This document shows positions 9,490 through 19,270 of a stretch of DNA of 64,000 nucleotides, piece by piece. The translations under genes and the position numbers were made by a program. How positions within the stretch are numbered: the stretch's first letter is position 1; every line of letters begins with the position of its first letter. Source of the DNA: a virus; the IMG/VR virus record IMGVR_UViG_3300045988_182851, positions 39,491-103,490 of that record; one strand, written 5' to 3'. Under the pieces are notes generated by a model, which saw only the letters and a program-made list of their open reading frames with translations, did no database searches and had not been told where the DNA came from.

Positions 9490-9841
9490 AGCATCCTACT
9501 CCATCTCTAAACCATGATACTTTATTAGTTTTCTGTTTCGTTTGTAGTTTTGTAATCTCATCTTGTAGTTTTTCTATCTGCTTTGAATAATAAGTAGCGA
9601 AAATATCAGAAGCTTTTTTATCATCTCTACCAACCAAAATAATCGTATTATCATATAACACTTTTCCTATGTCACAACTATTTATGCGATTTTTAAATCC
9701 ATGATAATTTTCATCTTTTAAGCCATAATAAATACTAGAGTTATTTTCCCCACCATAAGATCCTTCATATACATCGAAATATAATTCTGTATTCACTTTA
9801 TTGTAAATATATAATTCAATTCTGTTATTTTTATTTTCCAT
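9464..9841 (-). CDS. hypothetical protein (125 aa)
   Basis: minus-strand ORF. Confidence 0.45.
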   Translation of the reverse strand: MENKNNRIELYIYNKVNTELYFDVYEGSYGGENNSSIYYGLKDENYHGFKNRINSCDIGKVLYDNTIILVGRDDKKASDIFATYYSKQIEKLQDEITKLQTKQKTNKVSWFRDGVGCFEEKEVDF

Positions 9842-10071
9842 ATGTTCTATTCTCCATTCAAAATAAATTTAGATTTCTTAGTATTAAAACTGTGACCGAA
9901 TTGTTATCTTTAATACACCACCTGTAATGTCCCAACTCTTAACTGTGGAATATCCATAGGAAAAAATTGCTTCCTGTTTATGATTATATTTTTTTATATT
10001 TAAGTAGTGTCTGAGTGTTTTAAAATAATCACTCCTTTATTTTTTAATTAATTATTTTATTTGACTAATAT

Positions 10072-10269
10072 TTAATAGCAATAATAATCATAAGAATACT
10101 TTTCATATGATTTTGTGAATATCTTTTCAACCTTATACTTTTTTCCACATATATCACATTCTTTTATAATGTCAATCTGACATTCCTCATCATTCATATA
10201 ATTAATTTCTTTCTCAACGATTTCATCATCATTCCCATCAGTGTGACCGCAAAATGGACAACCTAACAT
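10072..10269 (-). CDS. small zinc-ribbon protein (65 aa)
   Basis: CPFCGH ... CDICGK motifs. Confidence 0.4.
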   Translation of the reverse strand: MLGCPFCGHTDGNDDEIVEKEINYMNDEECQIDIIKECDICGKKYKVEKIFTKSYEKYSYDYYCY

Positions 10270-10583
10270 ATCTAATACCTTCCTTTTCTTTTATTCATAT
10301 TATTTAATATATTCCTTTACAACTTCCGATGCAACTTTACTGTCTAACAATGCTCCAAACTTGAACTTAAGTGATTTCATACATATTCCCATATTCTTTT
10401 CAATATGAGAGTCTAATAAATACTCCGCAATTACCTGATTTGATACAAACTTAGGTAAAAAAATTATTTACAACAGCAATGCTTTCTGTAAGCTCTGAAA
10501 ATCTCTTTGAACACTCTCATTTGTAATATATGAAAGGGTATCCTCAAGCTACTTTAATTCCTTTTATATACTTAATCTTTAAG

Positions 10584-11543
10584 CTATATTAGCTCTTTAA
10601 TTATTTTAATTGACTTCTCAAATCCATCTGATATGTCATAATTATTCTCTGCTACTTCTAATACATATAATGAATTAAAATTATTTTCTTTAAGTTCTTT
10701 TAAATAATATTCTGCTTTTTGTTTATCGTTAAATGTTTCAAAAGGCTGCCCGTGCTTACCCTTTCCATTACCGTTTCCTTTTGTTATTGATAAATGCACT
10801 ATCTTTGTTGTACTTGCATATCTTTTAAATAATGTGTGCATCTCATATTCAGTTTCATTAATTTCATTATAAAGATTATGTAGTTCTGATACAAATTGAT
10901 GTGTTATCTCTGCATGACATGTATCAAATACATTAAACAATCTGTTACTGTATTCTTTTCCAAGTGTATTTCTTAAATCTTTTACAAGTTCTATACAATC
11001 ATAACTGAAGTTATTCCCTAATTGAAATTCTCCTGTATGTTTATCTATTTTTCTAATAGGACACACATTTTCTATACATAAATCAACTTCTTTATACTTG
11101 GATAATAGTTTTGGTATTACTGTTGTTAATTCTCTATATATTGAATAATTATATACTTTAAGTGTTTTATAATTTAATTCAGAATGTACTACTACATTTA
11201 CTCTGTGATTTTGTCTTAATGCAAATATTTCAGCTAATCTGAATATCTGCTCAAGTAAAAATACATAATCTCTTTGAATTAACTGTTCGATGTTTGGTTG
11301 AATATCAATATGAGCTTCATCTAAATCTAAACCTGGTGTATATTCTAACAATGGTGCATGAACTGAATATACTGGGAACTCCATAAATTTAAATATGTCT
11401 GGAAAAGCTTTTTCAACTGTTTTAAATTGTTTCTGACTTACAATTAACTCATTTAATAGCTGTACTTCTACACCATCTGCCCCTAATTTAATCTTTCTTT
11501 TCATCTGTTCGTAATTCATTGCTGATTTAGCTAAAATTAGCAT
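10584..11543 (-). CDS. xylose-isomerase-like TIM-barrel protein, AP endonuclease family 2 (Nfo/UVDE-like) candidate
   Basis: spaced motifs VHAP, CIENV, FDTCHAE and IVHLS resemble the metal-binding HAPY / IEN / DTCH / HLND series of endonuclease IV-type TIM barrels; AAAGGAGAA RBS. Confidence 0.45.
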   Translation of the reverse strand: MLILAKSAMNYEQMKRKIKLGADGVEVQLLNELIVSQKQFKTVEKAFPDIFKFMEFPVYSVHAPLLEYTPGLDLDEAHIDIQPNIEQLIQRDYVFLLEQIFRLAEIFALRQNHRVNVVVHSELNYKTLKVYNYSIYRELTTVIPKLLSKYKEVDLCIENVCPIRKIDKHTGEFQLGNNFSYDCIELVKDLRNTLGKEYSNRLFNVFDTCHAEITHQFVSELHNLYNEINETEYEMHTLFKRYASTTKIVHLSITKGNGNGKGKHGQPFETFNDKQKAEYYLKELKENNFNSLYVLEVAENNYDISDGFEKSIKIIKELI

Positions 11544-11578
11544 AATAAATTCTCCTTTATATAATATATTTTCCTATA

Positions 11579-11592
11579 CTATATGACAGAAA
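11579..11592 (-). promoter_or_regulatory. conserved promoter-like motif (TATATGACAGAAAA)
   Basis: about 45 nt before the ATG at 11543; TTGTGTCAAA element 16 nt further upstream. Confidence 0.5.
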
Positions 11593-11774
11593 ATTAAATA
11601 AAATATTTGACACAAAATATTTGTTTTTAATATCTTTTTTTAATGGTTCTTGTATTTATTTTTGCCATTTAATTATATACAATGCCAACAATTTTTATAG
11701 TATTAAATGCTTTAAAAACGCATCAGAAAAGCCGGCTACAAAAGTAACCGGCTTAAAGATATTTATATTTTATT

Positions 11775-12038
11775 TTATTTTAATCCTGCATTATTAAATG
11801 CATTTAAATCACATTTTACACCATTAGCTTTTAAAGCACTGGATAAGCTACTTTTAGTTGTATATGTAGTTCCTTTATATATTACACTTGTTAAATTAGT
11901 ACATTTATTAAATGCGTACATACTTATGGTTTTTACACTATCTGGTATTGTTACCTCTGTTAAACTTGTACAATTATTAATACCTACAATTTCTGTTAAA
12001 TTTGTACAATTTTTGAAAGTATCAGAATTTTTTATCAT
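11775..12038 (-). CDS. BspA-type leucine-rich-repeat (LRR_5-like) protein (87 aa)
   Basis: repeats FKNCTNLTEI / NCTSLTEVTIPDSVKTI / AFNKCTNLTSV typical of BspA-like cell-surface LRRs. Confidence 0.45.
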   Translation of the reverse strand: MIKNSDTFKNCTNLTEIVGINNCTSLTEVTIPDSVKTISMYAFNKCTNLTSVIYKGTTYTTKSSLSSALKANGVKCDLNAFNNAGLK

Positions 12039-12070
12039 TTTATGTTTCCTTTCTTATTTTTTGATTTTCA

Positions 12071-12286
12071 TTAATTAATCTGCTCTTTTATAGCTTGATA
12101 TAATTTGCTGGGAATTACATAAAAACCCTCTTGGCTTTCCATAAAATTATAAAAACGATACTCATTATTGTTATTATCATTAAATATAAAACTGCTTCCT
12201 GAATTAAAAGAAGTTTCATTACTTGCCTGAAGTTTTGTTCCATCCGGTAATGTGTATGTAGTTATTTTGATATTCCATTCCCACAT
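12071..12286 (-). CDS. hypothetical protein (71 aa), possibly the C-terminal part of the upstream lipoprotein, joined by a frameshift
   Basis: overlaps the 12262..12627 ORF by 25 nt in another frame near an A5 run. Confidence 0.3.
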   Translation of the reverse strand: MWEWNIKITTYTLPDGTKLQASNETSFNSGSSFIFNDNNNNEYRFYNFMESQEGFYVIPSKLYQAIKEQIN

Positions 12287-12627
12287 GTCAAATTCAGCAT
12301 TTTTCCATATTTTTCTTTTACTTCTTGATTAATAGTTTCAGGGTCTATAGGACCATCATAAGAAATTGATTCAGTATTGATTGTTACCGGTAATGTATTG
12401 GTATTTAATAAAGCTTCAGCTTCTTCTTCACTGTTTATAACTATTTTGTCATATTCTTTGTTATCAATATAAGTCTGATTATTGTTTGAAACAGTACTTT
12501 CCTCTGTAACTATATTAATTGGTTGTACACTATTATTAAATAATCCACATCCTGATAACAACAGGCAAATTGCCGGAAAACAATAAAACATTTTTTTGCT
12601 TCTTTTTAATAATTGTATTTTACTCAT
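12262..12627 (-). CDS. putative lipoprotein (signal peptide plus lipobox LLSGC)
   Basis: MSKIQLLKRSKKMFYCFPAICLLLSGCGLF: basic n-region, hydrophobic core, cysteine lipobox. Confidence 0.5.
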   Translation of the reverse strand: MSKIQLLKRSKKMFYCFPAICLLLSGCGLFNNSVQPINIVTEESTVSNNNQTYIDNKEYDKIVINSEEEAEALLNTNTLPVTINTESISYDGPIDPETINQEVKEKYGKMLNLTCGNGISK

Positions 12628-12847
12628 TTTTATTTCCTTTCTTATTTATATTTTTCATTTATTAATATGACAGAATAAAAAAATATTTTAATTTTTATTC
12701 AGAAATTTAAATTATTAAAATTAATATGACAGAATTTTAAATTAAATTTTTGACATAAAAAGCATATATCATTAAATGTGCTGTTTATAATTTCAAGTAA
12801 TATCAGTAATCCTGCCGAAGTTTTAAATTACTAATTTATGGTTTGAT

Positions 12848-13125
12848 AGGAAATCTATATGTAAAAAAAATAAGCATATGATCTGATATCCAAACAGAAG
12901 TATCTGAATGTCAGAGAAAAACATAAAATACCCTGTTAACATTAATAGCTATACATGTGTTTAGCAGTTTAATGTAACAGGGTATGGATTCAATCATCTT
13001 CTATACAAAAATCAGATTATATTTAGTTTTAATGTGGTATGTCAGGATATAAATTCTAAAGTGCAAATTTAATACTATATAGGATAGCTGATAAAATTAT
13101 GCTGAGTACAAGGTATAAGTGGATT
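12848..13125 (+). mobile_element. 3' remnant of the IS200/IS605-family element (last ~35 tnpB codons plus right-end / omega-RNA-like region)
   Basis: about 80% identity to 35083-35350 (tagttttaatgtggtatgtcag, ataaaattatgctgagtacaagg.ataagtg); no upstream tnpB. Confidence 0.55.
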
Positions 13126-13276
13126 TTCAAAGGTTTAGCTTCTTAATACATTCAATACAAATATCTAAAATTTCATTTTTAATAACTTTCCATTCTTCTT
13201 CAGTTTCAATGTCATATTCTTCAAAGCCATTAGTTTCAATATTTTCGATTGTTCCTTTCTTGCTATTAAACTGCTG

Positions 13277-13639
13277 TTACAAACTAATATTGATTTCTTT
13301 TTCTATTGTATTTTTTGGAACATACAATTTAATTTCTTCAATACCTAATAAAGCCTTTTTTATCACGGCATAAGCCTGTTCATTATTGTTTAATGTCTCA
13401 TAGATTGTTACTTTATCTCTATTCATTTTGAAATACTTCTTACCACCATCTTCTGTAATTTGATAAGCAGTTATATATTCCTGTGAATCAATACTTCCTG
13501 AACCTAATACAAATGAACCTTCATATTCCTTATCCGTACTGATACTGTAAAGCTGGACTTCTTCTGTGGTTTCTTTCATAACTGCTATGACTGTAACTCC
13601 GATTATAAAATATAATATTATAGTCCCAATTTTTTTCAT
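13277..13639 (-). CDS. membrane-anchored or secreted protein (120 aa)
   Basis: N-terminal hydrophobic segment MKKIGTIILYFIIGVTVIAV. Confidence 0.45.
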   Translation of the reverse strand: MKKIGTIILYFIIGVTVIAVMKETTEEVQLYSISTDKEYEGSFVLGSGSIDSQEYITAYQITEDGGKKYFKMNRDKVTIYETLNNNEQAYAVIKKALLGIEEIKLYVPKNTIEKEINISL

Positions 13640-13655
13640 TCCATGCCTCTCTCTT

Positions 13656-14333
13656 TTATTTAATAGTCTGAATCAAAGACCCTTCATCCATATCAAAAGT
13701 TACTGTTTTGCCTTTCTTTAACTGGCAAAATAAATCATCTCTGTCATCCCTAAATTCAAATGGGAGATAATCATAACTTTCTATTTTATTCCTGATAAGA
13801 TAATCTTTATTAAGTTTAAATGATTCATCCCATATTTCTTTTATTGTTTTTGTTATTATTTTCATATCATCAACTGAAAAGGTTATACTGCCATCAAAAT
13901 ACTTCATCTGTTTTGTAAGATAATCTGTATAGCTTTCAGGAGTATCTTTAAATAATCCTGCATTTATAGCTTCTCTTACTTCATCTACTGTAAGAGGCAA
14001 ATATGTATATCGTTTTACGGCTGTTATATGTGTTATTCCGGTTACTATTGCTATTACAATTATGCTTATAATAGCAAAAGCAATTAACAGCATGAAAATT
14101 GCGCCAAATAGATATATAGCACCTATGATTGTTTTTATCAAAAATATTGTAAACTTACTGCTTACATCTTCTATATACGGATTTATTTCTTTTCCATTAT
14201 TTATGTATGGCAATATCAGATTTCCTATAATGGCAGATAAGGCAATATATATTATAATTGCCCCGGCTAATATTACTCCTATACACTCATTAAAAAATTC
14301 TTTCCAAAATGATTTCTTTTTCTTAAATTTCAT
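13656..14333 (-). CDS. integral membrane protein (225 aa)
   Basis: at least three hydrophobic helices. Confidence 0.45.
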   Translation of the reverse strand: MKFKKKKSFWKEFFNECIGVILAGAIIIYIALSAIIGNLILPYINNGKEINPYIEDVSSKFTIFLIKTIIGAIYLFGAIFMLLIAFAIISIIVIAIVTGITHITAVKRYTYLPLTVDEVREAINAGLFKDTPESYTDYLTKQMKYFDGSITFSVDDMKIITKTIKEIWDESFKLNKDYLIRNKIESYDYLPFEFRDDRDDLFCQLKKGKTVTFDMDEGSLIQTIK

Positions 14334-14336
14334 AAC

Positions 14337-14627
14337 TTATCTCCTTTTTAGTATTGGTTCATATACCTTAAAATCTGTCTCTTCTGTAATAAGAAATCCA
14401 TCCTTATAAGACTCCTTATACTTAAGCGATTTTAAAAATATTATCTGTTCTTTCCTTGATAATTGCTTCTTAAAGGTAATAATCTCATCATGGCTGCAAT
14501 CAGTACATTGCTCAATAAGACTATATAGAAATGACTTCTCTTTTACTCTGTCAATTAAATCAATAGTTGATTTAAACAGCATTATTACCATAAAAGTTAT
14601 AATAAACGATAATAAAATAATCTTCAT
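14337..14627 (-). CDS. small membrane protein (96 aa) with a C-terminal module shared with the 15061..15576 ORF
   Basis: N-terminal TM helix; C-terminus LSRKEQIIFLKSL...YEPILKRR similar to MSRNEQIAFLKSV...YEPILRKE. Confidence 0.45.
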   Translation of the reverse strand: MKIILLSFIITFMVIMLFKSTIDLIDRVKEKSFLYSLIEQCTDCSHDEIITFKKQLSRKEQIIFLKSLKYKESYKDGFLITEETDFKVYEPILKRR

Positions 14628-14664
14628 AGATAATCTTCCCTACTTATTCCTTATAAACACCATG

Positions 14665-14844
14665 CTATTTAATATATTTCATTAATTCAGAAATATCTAA
14701 GTCATTTACATCAGCTTCGTACCCATTAGGAATATTCCTTAAGGTTATATTCTTAGATATTTCTTTTAATTTTGTCTGCTGTTTTTCATCCGGATGTCGC
14801 ATTGATTCAAGAAACCCAACAGCATCATTTTCTGTAAGCTTCAT
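14665..14844 (-). CDS. hypothetical small protein (59 aa, MKLTENDAVGFLESMRHPDEKQQTKLKE...)
   Basis: translated by hand; fills the gap between neighbouring ORFs. Confidence 0.3.
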   Translation of the reverse strand: MKLTENDAVGFLESMRHPDEKQQTKLKEISKNITLRNIPNGYEADVNDLDISELMKYIK

Positions 14845-15060
14845 ATAAACTCTCCATAGTCAATTATCATATAAAATAGTCTTTATTGTCTTTTCTTAAA
14901 AAGCTGCCTTTTACCTTGTTAATATCAGCCATTTAGCCCATACTGGTATGTCAGAGCTACATATTATATAAACATAAAAAAATATAATAAGAGCTATAAT
15001 AATTTATTCCTAATGCTGGTAATATACTTTTAATTTTCTTTATTCTGTAATTTTTCTGTT

Positions 15061-15576
15061 TCATAGTTTTATCTCCTTTCTAAGGATTGGTTCATACTCT
15101 GCTAATTCTTCATCATTCTCAATTAAAGGTACTTTCTGTATTACTGTCTTGGTTGTAATAACCTTATTACCGTTCTCATCAGTGGACTCTTCCTTTTCCG
15201 TTGATTCTACAGTTGTAATAACAGACTTTAGAAAAGCAATCTGTTCATTACGGCTCATATGTCTGAATTTCTTTAAATCATCCTGTGATATATCATCAAG
15301 CAAACAATCATAAAGAAGTTCTTTTTCATGTTCTTTTTCAAAAAATTTTGTAAAAGCTATCAATATAAGAGCCGTTACACTGATTAATAAGGCTATCACA
15401 GTAGCTATAAAATTTTTAAAGCTTATATTAACAAGCGCTGGCAATGCTCCCATAAGTAAGGACATAAACGCCTTATCCATAAGAGTCATATCGTATATGT
15501 TTGCAGTCACAAAATAAAAACCAAGCATAATCAATGAAACAACAAAGACTACATTTACTAATATAGTTATAATCAT
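15061..15576 (-). CDS. membrane protein (171 aa), paralogous C-terminal module
   Basis: three TM helices, then an FRHMSRNEQIAFLKSV...YEPIL module. Confidence 0.45.
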   Translation of the reverse strand: MIITILVNVVFVVSLIMLGFYFVTANIYDMTLMDKAFMSLLMGALPALVNISFKNFIATVIALLISVTALILIAFTKFFEKEHEKELLYDCLLDDISQDDLKKFRHMSRNEQIAFLKSVITTVESTEKEESTDENGNKVITTKTVIQKVPLIENDEELAEYEPILRKEIKL

Positions 15577-15615
15577 CTTTCTCTTTCCTTTCTGTTTTAA
15601 TATATATTGTATTGT

Positions 15616-16551
15616 TTATTCTATTTTATTTAATTCACCTGATTCTTTGTTAAATATAAATATATCTGAACTCAGATAATCTTCTTCTTGCTGAATACCA
15701 AATATCTTTAATGCTATTTGAATTTCTTCAGGAGTAAATTCATTGTATTTACATATCAACAAAATATGTGCTGTAACAGGAACAATGTATAAATTTGTTT
15801 TCAATTTCTCTGAAATATTCTTAAGCAAATTATTATTCAGAATTGCACTTGTATTATAAAAGTCAATTACATTTTGAATTGCATATATTCCTTTAATACA
15901 TTTGCTCTCAAAACCACCAGAATTACTTAGAAAAAATAATTCTTTCTTTGTTTTTTCATAATTATCATTATCTGCCAGTTGCGTCAAAAAATAATCACCT
16001 AATACACTGATAAAATATTTGTTGGAATATATTGAATGAATTGCAAGATTATATAATTCGTTTTCATCAATTTTCAGTATGTCTCTCATATAGTTATTAT
16101 CAATTACAAATATTGTACCTTCTGAATTTTCTTCAGGTATGATCACATTATAAATTATTTCAAACTCATAAAATGGCCTATGAGGAATACTGCTTAAATC
16201 TTCCATATTGTCCGGCTTTTGTATTAATTGAGGCATAATATAGTGTTTTATATCATTTGAATTAATTTCTGGAGCTAAATTATTAAGTTTATATTCACTA
16301 CCATTAGAATTTTCGTTTCTATAAAATGCTTTAGATATTGACAATGCAATTTCTTCTATTGACGAATTATTTAAATATTGTTTATATAATTGATTTAATT
16401 TAAATTCTAAGGGACACATAAACTGATTTTTAGAATGAAAAATAAGCTTATCTGATGTGTAAGCTATATCTGTTGATGTAATATCTTCAATATTTTGAAG
16501 TAATTCGAATTTAAGATATTTAAGAAAATCTTCGTAATTCATTTTTTGCAT
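15616..16551 (-). CDS. hypothetical protein (311 aa)
   Basis: long ORF with AAAAGGAGAA RBS; promoter motif at 16586-16600. Confidence 0.5.
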   Translation of the reverse strand: MQKMNYEDFLKYLKFELLQNIEDITSTDIAYTSDKLIFHSKNQFMCPLEFKLNQLYKQYLNNSSIEEIALSISKAFYRNENSNGSEYKLNNLAPEINSNDIKHYIMPQLIQKPDNMEDLSSIPHRPFYEFEIIYNVIIPEENSEGTIFVIDNNYMRDILKIDENELYNLAIHSIYSNKYFISVLGDYFLTQLADNDNYEKTKKELFFLSNSGGFESKCIKGIYAIQNVIDFYNTSAILNNNLLKNISEKLKTNLYIVPVTAHILLICKYNEFTPEEIQIALKIFGIQQEEDYLSSDIFIFNKESGELNKIE

Positions 16552-16708
16552 ATAATTAGTTCTCCTTTTATTTAGTTATATTTTTAATATGACAGAAAAA
16601 ATGAATTATTATTTTACATAAAATAATTGATGTGTGTTAAAATAAGACAGCAACTAAATGTAAATGCCTTTTATTTATTAAAATATCCCGTTTTTGTGTT
16701 CTTCTAAG

Positions 16709-17121
16709 CACTTTATTGGGTATACTATGCCTTTGCTTGGGAAAAATAATAACAATATATTGTACGTTTATTGTTGTATATTAGTTTAATATGTTAACTT
16801 TATTAACAATATATAGTTATTTAAGATTTATTAAAATATAGCTAAGATACAAAAATAATAACAATATATAGATATAAAATATGGCTTAATATACATTAAA
16901 AATAACATCATTATGTTATAGAATAGAAGAATTTGTGCAATAAAATTAACAATATATAGCTAAATATTTAATACATAAATGTAATAATGATAACAATATG
17001 TAGTAATGTATTATCCGTTGCATAGCCAATAAAGTGCCTTATATGTGTCAGAATAATACCATGATGTAGTTATCATATGCTGATTTAAGAGATAAAAAAT
17101 GTTAATTTGATAACATATAAT
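16709..17121. repeat. iteron array: six direct TAACAATATATAG-type repeats (16750, 16804, 16859, 16947, 16991, 17111) flanked by inverted repeats CACTTTATTGG..ATGC (16709-16730 / 17020-17036)
   Basis: read directly from the sequence; lies in the largest non-coding stretch (16552-17830). Confidence 0.55.
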
Positions 17122-17830
17122 TGGTAATATTAGCAATTATATATGGATTAATTGGGTACAATAGACTGTATGATTAGTGAGAAAAATAAATATAACTGAT
17201 TAATGGGATATAATTATTATTTACTAAAGTTAATTAATGGAATTACTGGGAACATATATAGAAATGATAGAGTAAAGGAAATAGATCTAAGAGCAAATAA
17301 GAAAGAATTAGTGTATATGAATGCATCTATTGAGACAGAAATGGGATTACTGGACTTACTAAGGCATTTGCAGGGCGAAGAATAGATTTGTAGGAATCTA
17401 ATAATCATAATTTTTGTAATTATCATATATTATATATGAGGGAATTATATTATTTATTAGTGTATTAAAGGCATTAATTGGGATAAATGAAGTGCTTGCT
17501 AGAGACAGGTAAGGAATTGCCAGGGAAATAAACACAAAGTATATTAAGCTGATAAATGATATTGTATAAGGATATAACAATAATAGTTATACGCTTTTAA
17601 TCCTTAATAATATTCTGGCGGTTATCATATTAAGTCTTAAAACGCTATTAAGGAATAATCAAATGTATTATATAAGGCTCTAATTTTTATATTTTAATAA
17701 TAAAAAGCGTATCAATGAAAAAGAAAATAATAGAAGGGCTTTGAAGAAGGTGTATGACATATTACACTTAAAGGAAGTGTAATCATAAAAAAATACAGCT
17801 ACCTATTGATAACTGCATTTTATTTATATA

Positions 17831-18859
17831 TTACATAAAAGATTGTATACTATATCCTTTCCGTCTGAAACGAACTCTAATCTTTTTTATTGCTTTTGAT
17901 TCAATTTGTCTGATTCGTTCTCTGGAAACATTCCATTCAGTACCTATATCTTTTAAAGTTTTAACCTTTGAACCATATCCCATTCTACTCTTAATTACAT
18001 ATAATTCTCTAGGAGTGAGACAATCTTCAACTTCTTTCCAAAGCAGTTCATTCATTTCTTTTTGAATAATCGTATCTTCAACTTTAGGTTCAGGAGCTTC
18101 TATATAATCAGCCAAACACGAATCGTCATGGCCTTCATCACTTTGAATAGGTGCATCTAATGAAACCAATTCATTAAAGCTTTGAATATGTACAAGCATT
18201 TCTTTAGTTAAAAGAGGATATCTTTGTTTTACTACATCATATAATTCATCAATTGTAGGTTTTCTTTGAAGTTTATTAGTTAAATCCACAAATGTAGTCT
18301 TAACAAAAGAATCCTGCTCTCTTACATGTACAGGGAATCTAACTAATAAATCATAATTGGCTAATTCTCTATATATACTCTGTCTAATCCAATGAGTTGC
18401 ATAAGTTGAAAATGCATATCCTAATTTATAATCAAACATTTGTATAGCTCTGTATAACCCGAAAATACCGGCCTGACATAAATCATCCATTTCAAAACTT
18501 TGCGTTTTAGCTGTAACAGCTTTAGCAATACTGATGACTAAACGCATATTAGATAAAATCAATTTTTCAGTTATTTCTTTTTTCTTTTTAGGATGTTTTT
18601 TTATCTCTTCAAATAATTTAAGAGTTTCATCTTTGGATAAAACCGGATAATCAGCAAATGATTTAATATAATAAGTTATATTATTTTCTAATAATAGTTT
18701 CTCTTTTTCATTTAAAATCTCTTTATCATTTAAAATATCGGTATAATTATCCTCTGATAAAATATTTATGTTTTCTACTGATTTATTTGTGTCAAATAAT
18801 TCATCAACATATTCATCTTTATTGTTTTTTTTATTTAATAATAAATTCTTATCTGCCAT
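17831..18859 (-). CDS. RNA polymerase sigma-70 family factor (342 aa)
   Basis: region 2 LILSNMRLVISIAKAV...QAGIFGLYRAIQMFDYKLGYAFSTYATHWIRQSI; region 4 HTH TLKDIGTEWNVSRERIRQIESKAIKKIR. Confidence 0.85.
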   Translation of the reverse strand: MADKNLLLNKKNNKDEYVDELFDTNKSVENINILSEDNYTDILNDKEILNEKEKLLLENNITYYIKSFADYPVLSKDETLKLFEEIKKHPKKKKEITEKLILSNMRLVISIAKAVTAKTQSFEMDDLCQAGIFGLYRAIQMFDYKLGYAFSTYATHWIRQSIYRELANYDLLVRFPVHVREQDSFVKTTFVDLTNKLQRKPTIDELYDVVKQRYPLLTKEMLVHIQSFNELVSLDAPIQSDEGHDDSCLADYIEAPEPKVEDTIIQKEMNELLWKEVEDCLTPRELYVIKSRMGYGSKVKTLKDIGTEWNVSRERIRQIESKAIKKIRVRFRRKGYSIQSFM

Positions 18860-18871
18860 AAAAATCTCCTC

Positions 18872-19267
18872 TTAACATTGATGTCCTAGCATTTTTAATT
18901 CATTATTTGCTTCTATTTTCATTGTACATATTCTACTAATTGCATTATATGTAAATTTAGATTGCTCTTCAAAGGTTCCTAATATATCTCGTTTAATCAT
19001 AAGCTCTTTACATTTATCTGAAGACTCTTTGTGTAATTTCATTTCTTTTACCATTGAATCTAAAATAGAATGCATTGAAGAAAAATAGGTAAAATAATTT
19101 CCTACTTCACTCAATAAATTTCCTATTTCCAATAAATCTATTTCATCTGATCTAGGAATTTCTTTCTTAAAATTAATTAAATACCATTCATATAAATCCG
19201 TTGAAGAAGCTTCAAGGATATCACTTATAGACTTATTTTTTAATTCATTATTCATATTTGTTTCCAT
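18872..19267 (-). CDS. hypothetical soluble protein (131 aa) between the CPBP protease and the sigma factor
   Basis: overlaps the upstream gene by 4 nt and ends 12 nt before the sigma gene start, suggesting an operon. Confidence 0.45.
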   Translation of the reverse strand: METNMNNELKNKSISDILEASSTDLYEWYLINFKKEIPRSDEIDLLEIGNLLSEVGNYFTYFSSMHSILDSMVKEMKLHKESSDKCKELMIKRDILGTFEEQSKFTYNAISRICTMKIEANNELKMLGHQC

Positions 19268-19270
19268 AAA

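Noticed and set aside
16740-17125. CRISPR array in the repeat-rich non-coding region
   Set aside because: Repeats are only about 13 nt, with irregular 44-120 nt spacing and no cas genes nearby. They fit iterons better.
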